A DNA stretch of 64,000 bases from Candidatus Hermodarchaeota archaeon (GTDB lineage Archaea; Asgardarchaeota; Hermodarchaeia; Hermodarchaeales; Hermodarchaeaceae). Where the stretch lies: assembly GCA_016840065.1 (NCBI GenBank), contig JAEOTB010000054.1, forward strand, positions 1 through 64,000. Direction: 5' to 3'. This document shows, piece by piece, positions 47,052 through 57,354 of this stretch. Every line of letters starts with the position of its first letter. Position 1 is the first letter of the stretch. Both the position numbers and the translations under genes were made by a program. The notes beneath the pieces were generated by a model. It had not been told where the DNA came from. It searched no databases and saw only the letters and a list, made by a program, of their open reading frames with translations.

Positions 47052-47845
47052 TGTGTATCCCACGAAAATTCAGTGATTTCTTGGTCCGGAATCCCCTGTA
47101 TTTGTGTTGTTCCTCCACTGAGGTTAATGATTTTGCTTCGGCTCTGACTGGCTAACCATTCAAGGAGATTTTTGGCTACCGATAGTTTTTCTCGTTTTGT
47201 TTTGCTTGCCAAGACGTCAGAGGATAAGCTTGGCTTTGAATAGCGCCCCACAAAAACTCCTAAATCCATTCCGACAAGTCCGATATTCTTTGCTCCGAGA
47301 GCTTCTGCAAGGAAAACACAACGGTCTCCGTCGGTGAAGCCTCCAGTATTGATAACACCGGGGCGTGGACGTGCCTGCGTTGATCCCAGAACCCTATTTC
47401 CCTCCGCGCATTCTTGTAGGAGTATCGGGACATAGTGTTCCACAGTTGATGTGTTGTCCCCGTGAGCGTGCACTACTACAATCGAGCCATCCTGGTGGGC
47501 CTGGAGAATATCAGGAACCGTACCGTCTAGATCAGTTAGAACCAGATCTGGTTGGAGATCAAATTCTAGTAGTGCTGTTGTTGCACCATCTGCTGAAATC
47601 AATGTAGCTTCATTGTTGATGTTTCTCTGAGTCATCTCCGCTAGATTTCGGGGTAGTGAGGGACCTGCTCCACAGACTAGAACATTCTTATCGGTTATCA
47701 GGTTGCTAACCCTTGACAGGCGTATTGCTCTTCCATCAAGTATTCCGCTTAGCAGGTCTGCTGCTCTTTGGTCTTCTTCAATACTGTATCCGAATCTAGC
47801 TACAATCTCAAGGTACCGAGGCCACCATTCTTCTAGAGCAACCAA
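47048..47845 (-). CDS. mptE: 6-hydroxymethyl-7,8-dihydropterin pyrophosphokinase (MptE/DUF115)
   Basis: GAGPSL, ADGAT, TDLDG, HAHGDN, GSTQ, GGFTDGDR, GMD, K.EKL..A. Confidence 0.92.
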   Translation of the reverse strand: MVALEEWWPRYLEIVARFGYSIEEDQRAADLLSGILDGRAIRLSRVSNLITDKNVLVCGAGPSLPRNLAEMTQRNINNEATLISADGATTALLEFDLQPDLVLTDLDGTVPDILQAHQDGSIVVVHAHGDNTSTVEHYVPILLQECAEGNRVLGSTQARPRPGVINTGGFTDGDRCVFLAEALGAKNIGLVGMDLGVFVGRYSKPSLSSDVLASKTKREKLSVAKNLLEWLASQSRSKIINLSGGTTQIQGIPDQEITEFSWDTQ

Positions 47846-47893
47846 TTATAATCGCCTACTAGGCTGACGCGTCCCAGGCTATATTATTTCTTA

Positions 47894-48850
47894 TCATTGA
47901 CCGCTGGGGTTGTTTTCTTTAATTTCGCGGCGTGCCTCCCCCATGGTTATGGTCTGTTCAGCGACGAGGTCGTGGCGATGCACGCACTCTTCATTGCGTT
48001 GTCTAAAGGAAAGCTCCATCTCGTCTGGAAGGTCGTGGAAGGCCTGGACGACATCACGAATCATATGGCGTATTGAATCCTCAACAAAGCAAGGATTCTC
48101 TAAGGCTGTTTGTACCACAGCGGCTTCATCAGGACGTTTCAATATCTCAAAGGTGCCCGAGCTCATCGCTTGCTCTACGATCTTGACTAGCTGGAGTGCG
48201 TCAATGGGATAGCCAGCGGGGATCTCAACCATGACGGTTCCATGGCTGCGTTGCATGTGGCTTCCGATTGGCAGGTTATCGATTATTTCCCGGGCTTGTT
48301 CTTGTTTTATCTTGTGGGTGCTAGTAAGTTCGGCTTCGGAGACATCTCGGAGCAGTTCTTGGGCGCAGGGACACGCTGTCATTCCGGTTGCTGTCACGCC
48401 AATCCAGCGTCTGAGGCTGGTGTCTTCTTCGCCTTTACCGCGCTTGGCTAGTGCTTTAGCCTCCATAATGCATGACTCGAAGGTGCGAATGTTGCTCTTG
48501 GGGGTAGTACGAGCATACACAGTGTCCGCTCTTCCAAAGACCTCAGCTTCGCTGGCATAATCGTGACGGCGGAGTAGGTCTTGGGCAATATCTGCACAGA
48601 TGTCCTCAAGGCGATAGAGCTTCTCTGCATATTGACTCACTACTTCGACTGCTGCCTCGATGCTCCTCGATGGATGGATGCCCTTCTGGTGAGCCGGCAA
48701 ATCCACATAGATATCAAAGCTGGGTACAACTATGGCGGGTTGCTCCTCGAAGAAAATACCCTGAATCGGGACTCGAATGTCGGTTACTCCAACTCGACGG
48801 ACGGGTACGGCAACTGGTGGTTTTTGTGTATGTGTGTCAGGACGTGGCAA
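47894..48850 (-). CDS. mptA: GTP cyclohydrolase IV (MptA/FolE2 family)
   Basis: PD......RVGV, VDLP..QKGIH.SR, GMTACPCAQ, HMQR, LKRPDE, NP.FVED, E.VH.HD. Confidence 0.92.
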   Translation of the reverse strand: MPRPDTHTQKPPVAVPVRRVGVTDIRVPIQGIFFEEQPAIVVPSFDIYVDLPAHQKGIHPSRSIEAAVEVVSQYAEKLYRLEDICADIAQDLLRRHDYASEAEVFGRADTVYARTTPKSNIRTFESCIMEAKALAKRGKGEEDTSLRRWIGVTATGMTACPCAQELLRDVSEAELTSTHKIKQEQAREIIDNLPIGSHMQRSHGTVMVEIPAGYPIDALQLVKIVEQAMSSGTFEILKRPDEAAVVQTALENPCFVEDSIRHMIRDVVQAFHDLPDEMELSFRQRNEECVHRHDLVAEQTITMGEARREIKENNPSGQ

Positions 48851-49083
48851 CCAGCAAAGCTCCTATTGATACACTCTTCAAAATAGAAACCAACAGGATA
48901 AAAACCTTCACAAGCTACTGGAATAAATTCTACAGGTTAAATACAAGGGTTGCCTTGAAGGTGATACTTAATTAGGTGTTCAGAGGAAGATTATGTGGGA
49001 GATTCGATATGGTTCACTCCTACTGGTTAGGAGGATTCTCCGTCGAGCACTCTCTACCTTGACACCTAGATTGGAGGATTCCG

Positions 49084-51999
49084 ATGTTGATTTCTCAACG
49101 GATAAGGACCTTTGGATTCATCACCTTACTTCTTATTGGGTTACTTTTGTTAACCCCGCTTTCACGACCCCAGTCGTTCAGTCTTTCTGAAGAGCAGTTG
49201 AAGGCATCATACACTCAAGATGAGGTATTAGGTAAGCATAGTGAAAGGCATAATTACATCTCGAATACCGCAGATGGTACGGAGTTCAGAGACCTTGGGC
49301 TAGATCCCTTTGAAGAGAGAAATCGTTGGGAGAGGGATTTTAGCTTCTGGAACACATCCCGAGAGCCCGAGGAGGTGAGGAAGACTCAACCGAGTAGAAG
49401 CTTCACAATTCCGGTGACAGCGGGGACCCCCCATGATTCTATCCTCATCACCTCCGATGCTGACTTTGCTAGTCAGGGGTGGCCTGGAGCAGGAACCCCA
49501 TCAAATCCTTATCGTATTGAGAATCTTAACATCACAGCAAACCCTGAAAGTAGCTGTATCGACATTCAGGACACCCGTGTACACTTCGTCATTGCCAATT
49601 GTACACTTCACGATGCAGATTATAAATGGGCAGGCATCGATTTACAAAACGTATCCAACGGGTTCATCGTGAATAACACCCTCAATTATAACGGGTTTGG
49701 CATCCGACTCAACGCATCGTCGTGGAACATTATCTATAACAACACGATTGCTGAAGGCGAGTCGTTGTTGATTTACCTTAATCTGTCGCCTTCTAACTCT
49801 ATTATTAACAACACTATTTGGTCAAGTTTGTCACATATCAAAATCAGATCCTCAAATAATATTAGATTAGTCAATAACACCTGCTCAAAGAGTATCGTTG
49901 TAGATTATTCCTTCAATGTCACTATCAGCACAAACACCTTGTCTAGAGTTGAGTTCAATGACGTGAATTCTTCTGTGGTAAATAACAACAAGTTGGGATG
50001 GTCGATGGCACTCTACGATTCCTTTTCTAACCAACTCGAACAGAACACCCTGAAAGGAACTCTCTACCTATTCGACTCTGGCAATAACTCCATCATTCAA
50101 AATTATTTTTCAGATTATGGGATTTTCATTACAAGTTCCATTGAAACGGCACGACAGTTCCTTGTACAGAGTAACACCATCAACAGCCGCCCGTTGGTGT
50201 TCTGGCAGGATCAAATTGGCGGTGCGGTTCCTCCTAACGCAGCGCAAATCATTCTCATTAATTGTACTGGAACCATCATCCGTGACCTAATAATCACTCG
50301 TACTCATAGTTGCATTCGACTCCTACATTCGCGGCAAATCACTGTCCAGAACAACACCTGTACCCCCATATTTGGAGATGGTATTAACCTCTATAACACA
50401 AATGCAAGCATGGTTGTAAACAATACCTGCATTGGCCAGGGCTTTTATGGAGGTAACGAAGGCATCGAACTCAGGAGAGGTTATGAGAATATCATCACCA
50501 ACAACAACTGCACTCAGAACACATTTGGATTCTTGATAGTATATGGCAGTCTCAATGTGATTCATGACAATACAGTGGTTGAGAACAGACAAGCTGACAT
50601 TCAAGTTTCAGCCACTGATAGGAATACCTTAACAAACAACACTGCCGACTGGATAAACCTCTGGTATGCTGACTCAAATAATATTTCTTCAAATTACTTA
50701 GGGGGAGAACGCTCCAGCGCTCTATTTATTGAAATGGCAGGTAACAACACGATATGTGATAACCATTTTGTTAACGGTGGCATTTTCTTAGATCAAACAT
50801 ACCTAATTAGACAAAGGCTAGTTGCAAATAACACGGTTAATGGAAAACCCCTCATCTATCTAGCGGACAAGGTAAACTGGACTATCCCAAGTGTTGGGGG
50901 GCAAATCGTTCTTGTTAATTGTTCTGAAATGGTTGTGTCAGATTACACGATTAGCGATTGCCATACAGGTATACTACTCCTTTATTCAAGGCGGTGTCAA
51001 GTGATGAGTAATTCGCTCACTCGTTCGGGGATACTAGTCCTTTACACCAATTCCACTCTCTTAGAGCATAACACTTGTACAGATTCAGATTATGGAATCC
51101 GCGTGAGAGGCTCAAACAACATAATATCCCAAAACACCTGTGCTCGTAACTTGTTTGGTCTTATCCTAGGTAGTGGACAAAACAATAGAATTGTGAATAA
51201 TCTCTGTACCCAAAACGTATACATCGGTATTAGCGTGCATTATGATAGGAATTTGGTAGTGTCGAATAACACATGCAATTACAATTTGTTAGGCTTGGAG
51301 GTGGCCTCGTGTGAAAACGGTAGAATCGTTGAGAATAATTGTAGCCACAACTTAGAACGCGGAATTCTTATTGATACGCACTGGGGTGCTAATCTGACTC
51401 TAATCCAAAACACTTGTCATAATAACGCTCAAGTTGGAATTTATGGTGGTCACGTCAGAGACGCTTACATCTCGGGGAATGATTGTCAGGACAATGGAGG
51501 GTATGGGATTGGTATTTTCTGGTCTGGAGATAATAACATCATCGAGCAAAACTGGTGCCTTCACAACGGAAAAGATGGACTATATTTGGAGGACCTTACC
51601 AACAGTAGAATCACCTACAACGTGTTTGGTGAGAACCACCGGCACGGTATCGCCTTCAATGGCACAAGCACGAATAACACAGTGATGTGGAATGTCTTTG
51701 CCTTCAATGAGGCATCAAACGGTTTTGATAATACTATGTACAACTTCTTTGATTACAACTTCTGGTCGGACTATCAGGGCTTCGATTTGAATTTCGATGG
51801 AATCGGCGATACGCCCTATGTTATTCAGCATCCTTTTGGAAATAGTGATAATCACCCCTTGTTACAATGGCCCGGGGCAGTTGTCGTTAACAGGATGATA
51901 GGAATTATCTTCGGAGCAGCCTTAATCACTGGCATCGTTGTCATCAGCGTCTTTGGTATCATTGGCTTCAGTATTAGACATAGGCGAATGAAAAAATAA
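49084..51999 (+). CDS. Secreted NosD/CASH right-handed parallel beta-helix protein with C-terminal TM anchor
   Basis: Signal peptide; I.ITSDADF..QGWPG.GT..NPYRIENL; many GI.L..S.NN.I.NN turns; NFWSDY.G.D...DGIGD.PY; C-terminal TM plus basic tail. Confidence 0.88.
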   Translation: MLISQRIRTFGFITLLLIGLLLLTPLSRPQSFSLSEEQLKASYTQDEVLGKHSERHNYISNTADGTEFRDLGLDPFEERNRWERDFSFWNTSREPEEVRKTQPSRSFTIPVTAGTPHDSILITSDADFASQGWPGAGTPSNPYRIENLNITANPESSCIDIQDTRVHFVIANCTLHDADYKWAGIDLQNVSNGFIVNNTLNYNGFGIRLNASSWNIIYNNTIAEGESLLIYLNLSPSNSIINNTIWSSLSHIKIRSSNNIRLVNNTCSKSIVVDYSFNVTISTNTLSRVEFNDVNSSVVNNNKLGWSMALYDSFSNQLEQNTLKGTLYLFDSGNNSIIQNYFSDYGIFITSSIETARQFLVQSNTINSRPLVFWQDQIGGAVPPNAAQIILINCTGTIIRDLIITRTHSCIRLLHSRQITVQNNTCTPIFGDGINLYNTNASMVVNNTCIGQGFYGGNEGIELRRGYENIITNNNCTQNTFGFLIVYGSLNVIHDNTVVENRQADIQVSATDRNTLTNNTADWINLWYADSNNISSNYLGGERSSALFIEMAGNNTICDNHFVNGGIFLDQTYLIRQRLVANNTVNGKPLIYLADKVNWTIPSVGGQIVLVNCSEMVVSDYTISDCHTGILLLYSRRCQVMSNSLTRSGILVLYTNSTLLEHNTCTDSDYGIRVRGSNNIISQNTCARNLFGLILGSGQNNRIVNNLCTQNVYIGISVHYDRNLVVSNNTCNYNLLGLEVASCENGRIVENNCSHNLERGILIDTHWGANLTLIQNTCHNNAQVGIYGGHVRDAYISGNDCQDNGGYGIGIFWSGDNNIIEQNWCLHNGKDGLYLEDLTNSRITYNVFGENHRHGIAFNGTSTNNTVMWNVFAFNEASNGFDNTMYNFFDYNFWSDYQGFDLNFDGIGDTPYVIQHPFGNSDNHPLLQWPGAVVVNRMIGIIFGAALITGIVVISVFGIIGFSIRHRRMKK

Positions 52000-52102
52000 C
52001 CCGAATGTCTCCTTTGAACGGTCAAGAGAGACTATTCTACTTGGATGTGAATTTTTGCCCCGATAATCTGTCTTATTAAGATGTAGAAGAGATAGCCGGC
52101 GT

Positions 52103-54148
52103 ATGGGCGGCTGCTATTCAAAAGGAAGGAAGAGCCGGTATGTTATAGTGCTTCTTCTTGTGTACACATTTTTTTGGGGAGTTCTGTCCCAGATGAGCCT
52201 GCTTTTTACCCCCTTTGATTTAAAACAGGAAGGTTTTTTGAGGTATAAGCTGCCCCTGAAGAGTAACAGGAGTCGGCGATTCCTAGATCATGATGTTACT
52301 TCTGTACGAAAGGGACTCCACAAGCGTTCAACAACCAGTTTTAGGGGAGACATGGGGCGTTCATACCTTGTTTCTGGTCCAATCGATATCAGAAGCGATG
52401 ACGACTTTGCCCTCCAAGGCTGGCCAGGTGAAGGAACACCTGGGAATCCTTACAGAATTGAGAACCTCACCATCGATCCCCACTCTTATGCTGATAGTTG
52501 TATTGACATTCGTGGCACTCGGGCCCATTTCATTATCCGTAATTGCCTGCTTGTGAATGCTCAGTGGTGGTTTAGCGGGGCTGGAGTCTTCTTGTTTGAT
52601 GTTATGAATGGTCAGATAGTCAACAACACCCTAGTTGACAACGTTTACGGTGTTCGGTTGATACAGTCAACGTCGAACTTGATCGCGAACAACACGAGTT
52701 CTAGACAATGGGCTGGTATCCGTTTCGATAATTCGTACACTAATATCGTCCTGAACAACACGGTGTCTGTTAACGAGCGTGGTGTCTCACTTCAGAGTTC
52801 GAATGACAACACTATTTCAAATAATACACTGATAGCTAATGACTTTGGAGTTCACATCTATATCTCAAATGATAATACAATCACGAATAACACCTTCATC
52901 GGTTGTGGCATGTATATAACGGGTTTTTCACTACAGGATACGGAACAAGCATTAGTGGCAGACAACACTGTTAACAATAAGCCGCTAGTTCTATTGTATG
53001 ATTTAGTGGGAGAAACTATCCTTGGCCCAGCGGGGCAAATCATCCTAATCAACTGTACCAATGTTGTTGTACGAGATTTCATCTTGTCCAACTGTTCTGT
53101 AGGAATTCTTTTTCTCTTCTCGAGTCAGATAACAGTGACGAATAACACTTGCTCTGCGAATAGCGGTTCTGGCATACGCTTCATATATTCAAACTATTGC
53201 ACCGCAACCAATAATACCTGTATAGCTAATGGGCTTTACAACGATAGCCTCTCTGCAGGTATCTCCCTATTATACTCGCATAATTCAACCATTACATCGA
53301 ACAAATGCACCAGCAACCAGATTGGGATTCTTCTCGAGACCTCTAACGACAACACAATAACAAACAACAGCTGTACCAATGACTGGAATGGTATCTACCT
53401 TCACATTACAATTAACAGCACACTGAATTACAATAGCATCAATTCGAACTACTCGGCGATTTTGATGCAATCAGCATATCACAGCGTCGTCACCCACAAC
53501 AATTGCTCTAGTCTAGTTAATGATGGCATCCACATCTACGCCTCCGAACACTGCATCATTGAAGATAATTTCTGCACGGAAAACGGTGAAGCCGGAATCT
53601 CTATCTTATCTTCCCTGGAGAACGTTTTTTCCGGGAATACCTGTACGAGGAGCGGAATGGGTTTTGAGATGTACGGATCTGACGAAAATCTAATAGAGGA
53701 CAACATCAGCAGCGAAAACGAGGAATACGGATTCTACATCGACTACAGTGCTGATAATATCATTTCTTACAATCTGGTTGAGCAGAATGGTCTCTGGGGC
53801 GTTTACATAACCAATCGCTCCTTGAATAACACTATCTACAGGAACTCCTTCATAGGCAACAATGGTAACGTAAACGGGTTTGATGATGGCTCTGGCAACT
53901 TGTTCGACTACAATTTCTGGTCAGAGTACACAGGCCCTGACCTTGATTTAAACGGGATAGGAGATTTACCTCACCCCATTGAAGGGATTGCGAATAACAC
54001 CGATCCACACCCCTTGATGGCACCACAGGGCATTCGACCCCCGACAATGTTTATTTATCAGATGCTAATGTTATCTGGGAACATTGCTACCGTAATAATC
54101 CTTGCAGGGGCAATATTGAGATTACGTAGGCTTTCTCGAAGTAGCTGA
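52103..54148 (+). CDS. Second NosD/CASH beta-helix surface protein (tandem paralogue)
   Basis: Same motifs (QGWPGEGTPGNPYRIENL, NTVNNKPL, QIILINC, YNFWS.Y.G.D..GIGD); C-terminal TM and RLRR. Confidence 0.88.
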   Translation: MGGCYSKGRKSRYVIVLLLVYTFFWGVLSQMSLLFTPFDLKQEGFLRYKLPLKSNRSRRFLDHDVTSVRKGLHKRSTTSFRGDMGRSYLVSGPIDIRSDDDFALQGWPGEGTPGNPYRIENLTIDPHSYADSCIDIRGTRAHFIIRNCLLVNAQWWFSGAGVFLFDVMNGQIVNNTLVDNVYGVRLIQSTSNLIANNTSSRQWAGIRFDNSYTNIVLNNTVSVNERGVSLQSSNDNTISNNTLIANDFGVHIYISNDNTITNNTFIGCGMYITGFSLQDTEQALVADNTVNNKPLVLLYDLVGETILGPAGQIILINCTNVVVRDFILSNCSVGILFLFSSQITVTNNTCSANSGSGIRFIYSNYCTATNNTCIANGLYNDSLSAGISLLYSHNSTITSNKCTSNQIGILLETSNDNTITNNSCTNDWNGIYLHITINSTLNYNSINSNYSAILMQSAYHSVVTHNNCSSLVNDGIHIYASEHCIIEDNFCTENGEAGISILSSLENVFSGNTCTRSGMGFEMYGSDENLIEDNISSENEEYGFYIDYSADNIISYNLVEQNGLWGVYITNRSLNNTIYRNSFIGNNGNVNGFDDGSGNLFDYNFWSEYTGPDLDLNGIGDLPHPIEGIANNTDPHPLMAPQGIRPPTMFIYQMLMLSGNIATVIILAGAILRLRRLSRSS

Positions 54149-54176
54149 CGTCGATAGTCTGTATGGAGGTTTCGAA

Positions 54177-54896
54177 TTGATTGATTATGACAGGATAGCA
54201 TCAGAGTATGCACAACACCGGCGGGTCCACCCAGAGGTGCTCAATCGACTCCACCTTGATAGCGGCATAGACATGAACTCGATTGTGCTTGAGGTGGGCT
54301 GCGGAACAGGAAACTACATCCTCGCCATTGAAGGACTGACGGGTGCACAATGCTGGGGAACAGACCCCTCAGACATCATGTTAGAAAAAGCGCGATTACG
54401 TTCCGAGACCGCAACCTTCCAGCGTGGGTTAGCGGAGAGTCTCGATTTCCCAACCGTGTTTGACTTTGTGTTCTCCGTTGATGTTATCCACCACCTAAAG
54501 AAACCCCGTACCTACTTTGAACAAGCATATCGAATCCTGAAGAGTGGAGGCAAGTTATGCACTGTTACTGACTCGGAGGAGATAATTCGAAATCGAGAAC
54601 CTCTCGCTATTTACTTCCCTGAAACCGTCAAGGCAGACTTGAAGCGTTACCATCCAATTGCTGAGCTTCGTGAAGAAATGGAGACCGCAGGATTTGTCAA
54701 ACTATCCGAAACCACCGTCGAGTTCACCTACTTGCTCACCGACATACAAGCCTACAAAGACAAAGCCTTTTCCTGCCTTCACCTAATATCAAAGGGATCA
54801 TTCAAGCGAGGGATCGAAGAAATGGAGCGGGACTTAGAAACAGGATCCATAAAGTGTACACCGCGTTACCTGCTTCTCTGGGGTACTAGAATCTAG
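54177..54896 (+). CDS. Class I SAM-dependent methyltransferase
   Basis: VLEVGCGTG, AESL.F..FDFV, HHL, ILKSGG. Confidence 0.88.
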   Translation: MIDYDRIASEYAQHRRVHPEVLNRLHLDSGIDMNSIVLEVGCGTGNYILAIEGLTGAQCWGTDPSDIMLEKARLRSETATFQRGLAESLDFPTVFDFVFSVDVIHHLKKPRTYFEQAYRILKSGGKLCTVTDSEEIIRNREPLAIYFPETVKADLKRYHPIAELREEMETAGFVKLSETTVEFTYLLTDIQAYKDKAFSCLHLISKGSFKRGIEEMERDLETGSIKCTPRYLLLWGTRI

Positions 54897-54910
54897 GAGA
54901 AATAGTAAAG

Positions 54911-55885
54911 GTGCCATTTACGATTCGGAGAGCAGAAACCAGCCAAGACTTTGAAGACTACTACTCGATAAGTTTCGACCTCTTCAAACGGTACTTTTAC
55001 AAGGGTTCAAAGGAACCAGATGAGGTGCTGTTTGAAAAGCACAGAATTGAACTTCAGAAAGTAGATTTTAGCGATCCCACCCGTTCCCTCTATGTCGCAC
55101 ACGACGAAAAAGGTGTCTTTGCTGGGGCATTATGGGTGGGAGTGCGTGAGCAAGGCTTTGTATGGGACTTACCAGAAGAAATCCCCAGCTGGGTCTATGA
55201 TGTGGAAGTGGTGCCATCCTTCAGAGGCCAGGGGCTAGGTCGACAACTTATGCTACAGGCAGAAGAATGGACCAGAGAGAAAGGAATCAAGACGATTGGG
55301 CTGCACACAAGCCATGACCTTGAAGCAGCACTCCATCTCTACAGGTCAATGGGCTACAAAGAGAATAGTGTCATCATGAAAAAGAGCCTTACAAGCGGGA
55401 TATCCGTTTTACCTGACACACCGTTCACGACAAGAACGCCAAGTGCAACTGATAACCTTTCTGAGTATTATGAACTAAGAATCGATTCTTTCCGTATGCT
55501 TATCACTGATGGCGCGGCATTATCAAATGAGGATATCCGTGAACGTTATCCAGAATTCAAGGTTATCTTTGATCTGGCAGATCCTGCGCATAGGGCATAT
55601 CTTGCTGAAACCGCGGAAGGCACGTTTGCTGGCTTCATCTTAGCACGCTTACAAGAAAGGGGAGAAGAGAAGCGGGCATGGTTTCTAAGCATCCACGTGA
55701 GTCCCAAGTTCAGGCGCCAAGGACTCGGCACACTCCTCGTACACAAGATCGAGAGCTGGTGCCAAGCCCAAGGATTCAAGGATGTACTGATGTTCTTGAA
55801 TGTTCGCTTCAAGGGTGCCGTCAAGCTCCTCCAGTCAATGGGGTTTAAAGCCACTAATTTCTACATGGAAAAAGAACTAATCTGA
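54911..55885 (+). CDS. Tandem-domain GNAT acetyltransferase
   Basis: Two acetyl-CoA motifs, V.PSFRGQGLG and VSPKFRRQGLG, each followed by a A..L..SMG[YF] motif. Confidence 0.88.
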   Translation: MPFTIRRAETSQDFEDYYSISFDLFKRYFYKGSKEPDEVLFEKHRIELQKVDFSDPTRSLYVAHDEKGVFAGALWVGVREQGFVWDLPEEIPSWVYDVEVVPSFRGQGLGRQLMLQAEEWTREKGIKTIGLHTSHDLEAALHLYRSMGYKENSVIMKKSLTSGISVLPDTPFTTRTPSATDNLSEYYELRIDSFRMLITDGAALSNEDIRERYPEFKVIFDLADPAHRAYLAETAEGTFAGFILARLQERGEEKRAWFLSIHVSPKFRRQGLGTLLVHKIESWCQAQGFKDVLMFLNVRFKGAVKLLQSMGFKATNFYMEKELI

Positions 55886-55954
55886 CCGCTTTACTACGAA
55901 AACCGATCCTTTGGAGAAGTCAACGGTTTGGATTCTATTGAGCGTTATTTAAAT

Positions 55955-56242
55955 CTAGAATTTGAGTGTTCTGTCGGTTGAGAGGTAAAGAACCTCTGTG
56001 ATGATGTCGACTGTGATTTCGGGTATCTTATTTGGTGACCTCGTGTAGTAGGTGATTCCTTTATCGACGGCGATGTAAACATAGTATTTGTCTATGACTC
56101 CTACCCGCCCCTGAATGACCTCAAGGCCCTTCCCAGTAATAATATCGATGAAGTCTTCAGACTTGACCTGTACTACTATTGATCCCGTCACTAGAATCTT
56201 CATTGCTTTGATTGGTTCTACTTTTGGTTTTCCTTCAGTCAT
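55955..56242 (-). CDS. Small hypothetical protein (paralogue B of tandem pair)
   Basis: Aligns with the upstream gene (QV..EDF..I..K.L.VI...YY.Y....GI.YYTRS...EI.VDI). Start reassigned to MTEGKPK from the shared RBS. Confidence 0.72.
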   Translation of the reverse strand: MTEGKPKVEPIKAMKILVTGSIVVQVKSEDFIDIITGKGLEVIQGRVGVIDKYYVYIAVDKGITYYTRSPNKIPEITVDIITEVLYLSTDRTLKF

Positions 56243-56285
56243 CTCGTGATTCACCATCCGATTGTGGGATTCACCTTAATTATCT

Positions 56286-56567
56286 TCAATCCTTGTATCT
56301 AAGACGTGCTTTGAATTTTGGTATTAAGATATCAACTCGGATTTCTGTTAACTCGACCTTCGATCGGGTATAGTACACGATTCCTGGTTCAAGGGTGTAG
56401 TAGTAATAGAAAGCCTTTCTGATTTCTTTTCGGCGAATAACAGTAAGGCTCTTTTCTAGCACAATCTCGACGAAATCTTCAGGTGTGACCTGTAAGAATA
56501 GACCTGCATAACCCCACGCATGGCAGAGGGGTTCGATTGGTTGGATTTTCGTTTTCGCTTTTGGCAT
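56286..56567 (-). CDS. Small hypothetical protein (paralogue A of tandem pair)
   Basis: Same motif set as 55955..56242; RBS CGGATGGTGAA-N7-ATG. Confidence 0.72.
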   Translation of the reverse strand: MPKAKTKIQPIEPLCHAWGYAGLFLQVTPEDFVEIVLEKSLTVIRRKEIRKAFYYYYTLEPGIVYYTRSKVELTEIRVDILIPKFKARLRYKD

Positions 56568-56825
56568 CTATTGTTTCACCATCCGGTCCTTGTGAAGCCG
56601 TGGGCTCCCCGAGCTTACGGGAATCAGAGAGATACTTGCCTCCTTGGCTGCAAGCACAATCTTCTGCACATCTTCGGTGTTACGGGGCCAGACCACTCCA
56701 AGGGGTGTGCTGGGTTTTGTGAAGCTTTGGTCCTTTGAGTACTGTTCAAGGAGTTCGGGGCTCCAAGAAACATTCTCTGAGCCAGTAATATCAACTAATT
56801 TTTGGAGAATGGGGTGTTGTGTCAA
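56568..56825 (-). pseudogene. 5' fragment of an FAD-binding oxidoreductase (FAD_binding_4, GlcD/VAO-like)
   Basis: L.DI.G.ENVS..PE.LE.YSKD.SF..P..P..VVWP..TEDVQKIV..A......PVSSG.P is the family N-terminus. It stops after 85 aa (family members are several hundred aa) and I saw no continuation. Confidence 0.75.
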
Positions 56826-56856
56826 GAAGGAATTTCCACCTATTCGTGTATGGGTT

Positions 56857-57225
56857 TTAGGCTGGCGCGTATCGCTTCTGAATGTAGATGCCGAAATAGA
56901 GTTCCAGTGGGTAGACTGCGAATAGAACTGCTGCTACTGCATCAATCAGGCCGACCGTCAGAGCTGGGTCAGAAGGAAAGGGGAAGATTAGTGAGTTAAT
57001 CATGAAGTCCCGCCCTGATGTTGCGAAGGGGAAGAAGGGACGCCACATCCAATCCATCACCGGATTGTTCAGGTATAGTGATACGCCGGCGAAGGACATC
57101 ACTGCGAAACTGAAGTAGGCAAGGAACTTGGCAATGGGGATACGGGTTCTGTGACCGTACCTATCACCTATGTAGTAGGAGAGGAACCCGAAGAGGATTA
57201 GTAGAAAAGGGTCAATGAGGAACAT
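56857..57225 (-). CDS. Small membrane protein (about 3 TM), unknown function
   Basis: Hydrophobic segments; SGRDFMINS loop; GGTGA RBS. Confidence 0.7.
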   Translation of the reverse strand: MFLIDPFLLILFGFLSYYIGDRYGHRTRIPIAKFLAYFSFAVMSFAGVSLYLNNPVMDWMWRPFFPFATSGRDFMINSLIFPFPSDPALTVGLIDAVAAVLFAVYPLELYFGIYIQKRYAPA

Positions 57226-57354
57226 TATTCAATCACCATCAATGAATTAGGTTCTATTCGTCTCATATTCTTAAGAATTCTTTTACTATTCTAACTCGGC
57301 CATGATTTTCAAGCGGATGCCTAAAGGCTGATAAATGAAGTTGTGTGATGTTCA

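Noticed and set aside
48900-57300. Mobile element or provirus
   Set aside because: No integrase, transposase, terminal repeats or tRNA target was recognised.
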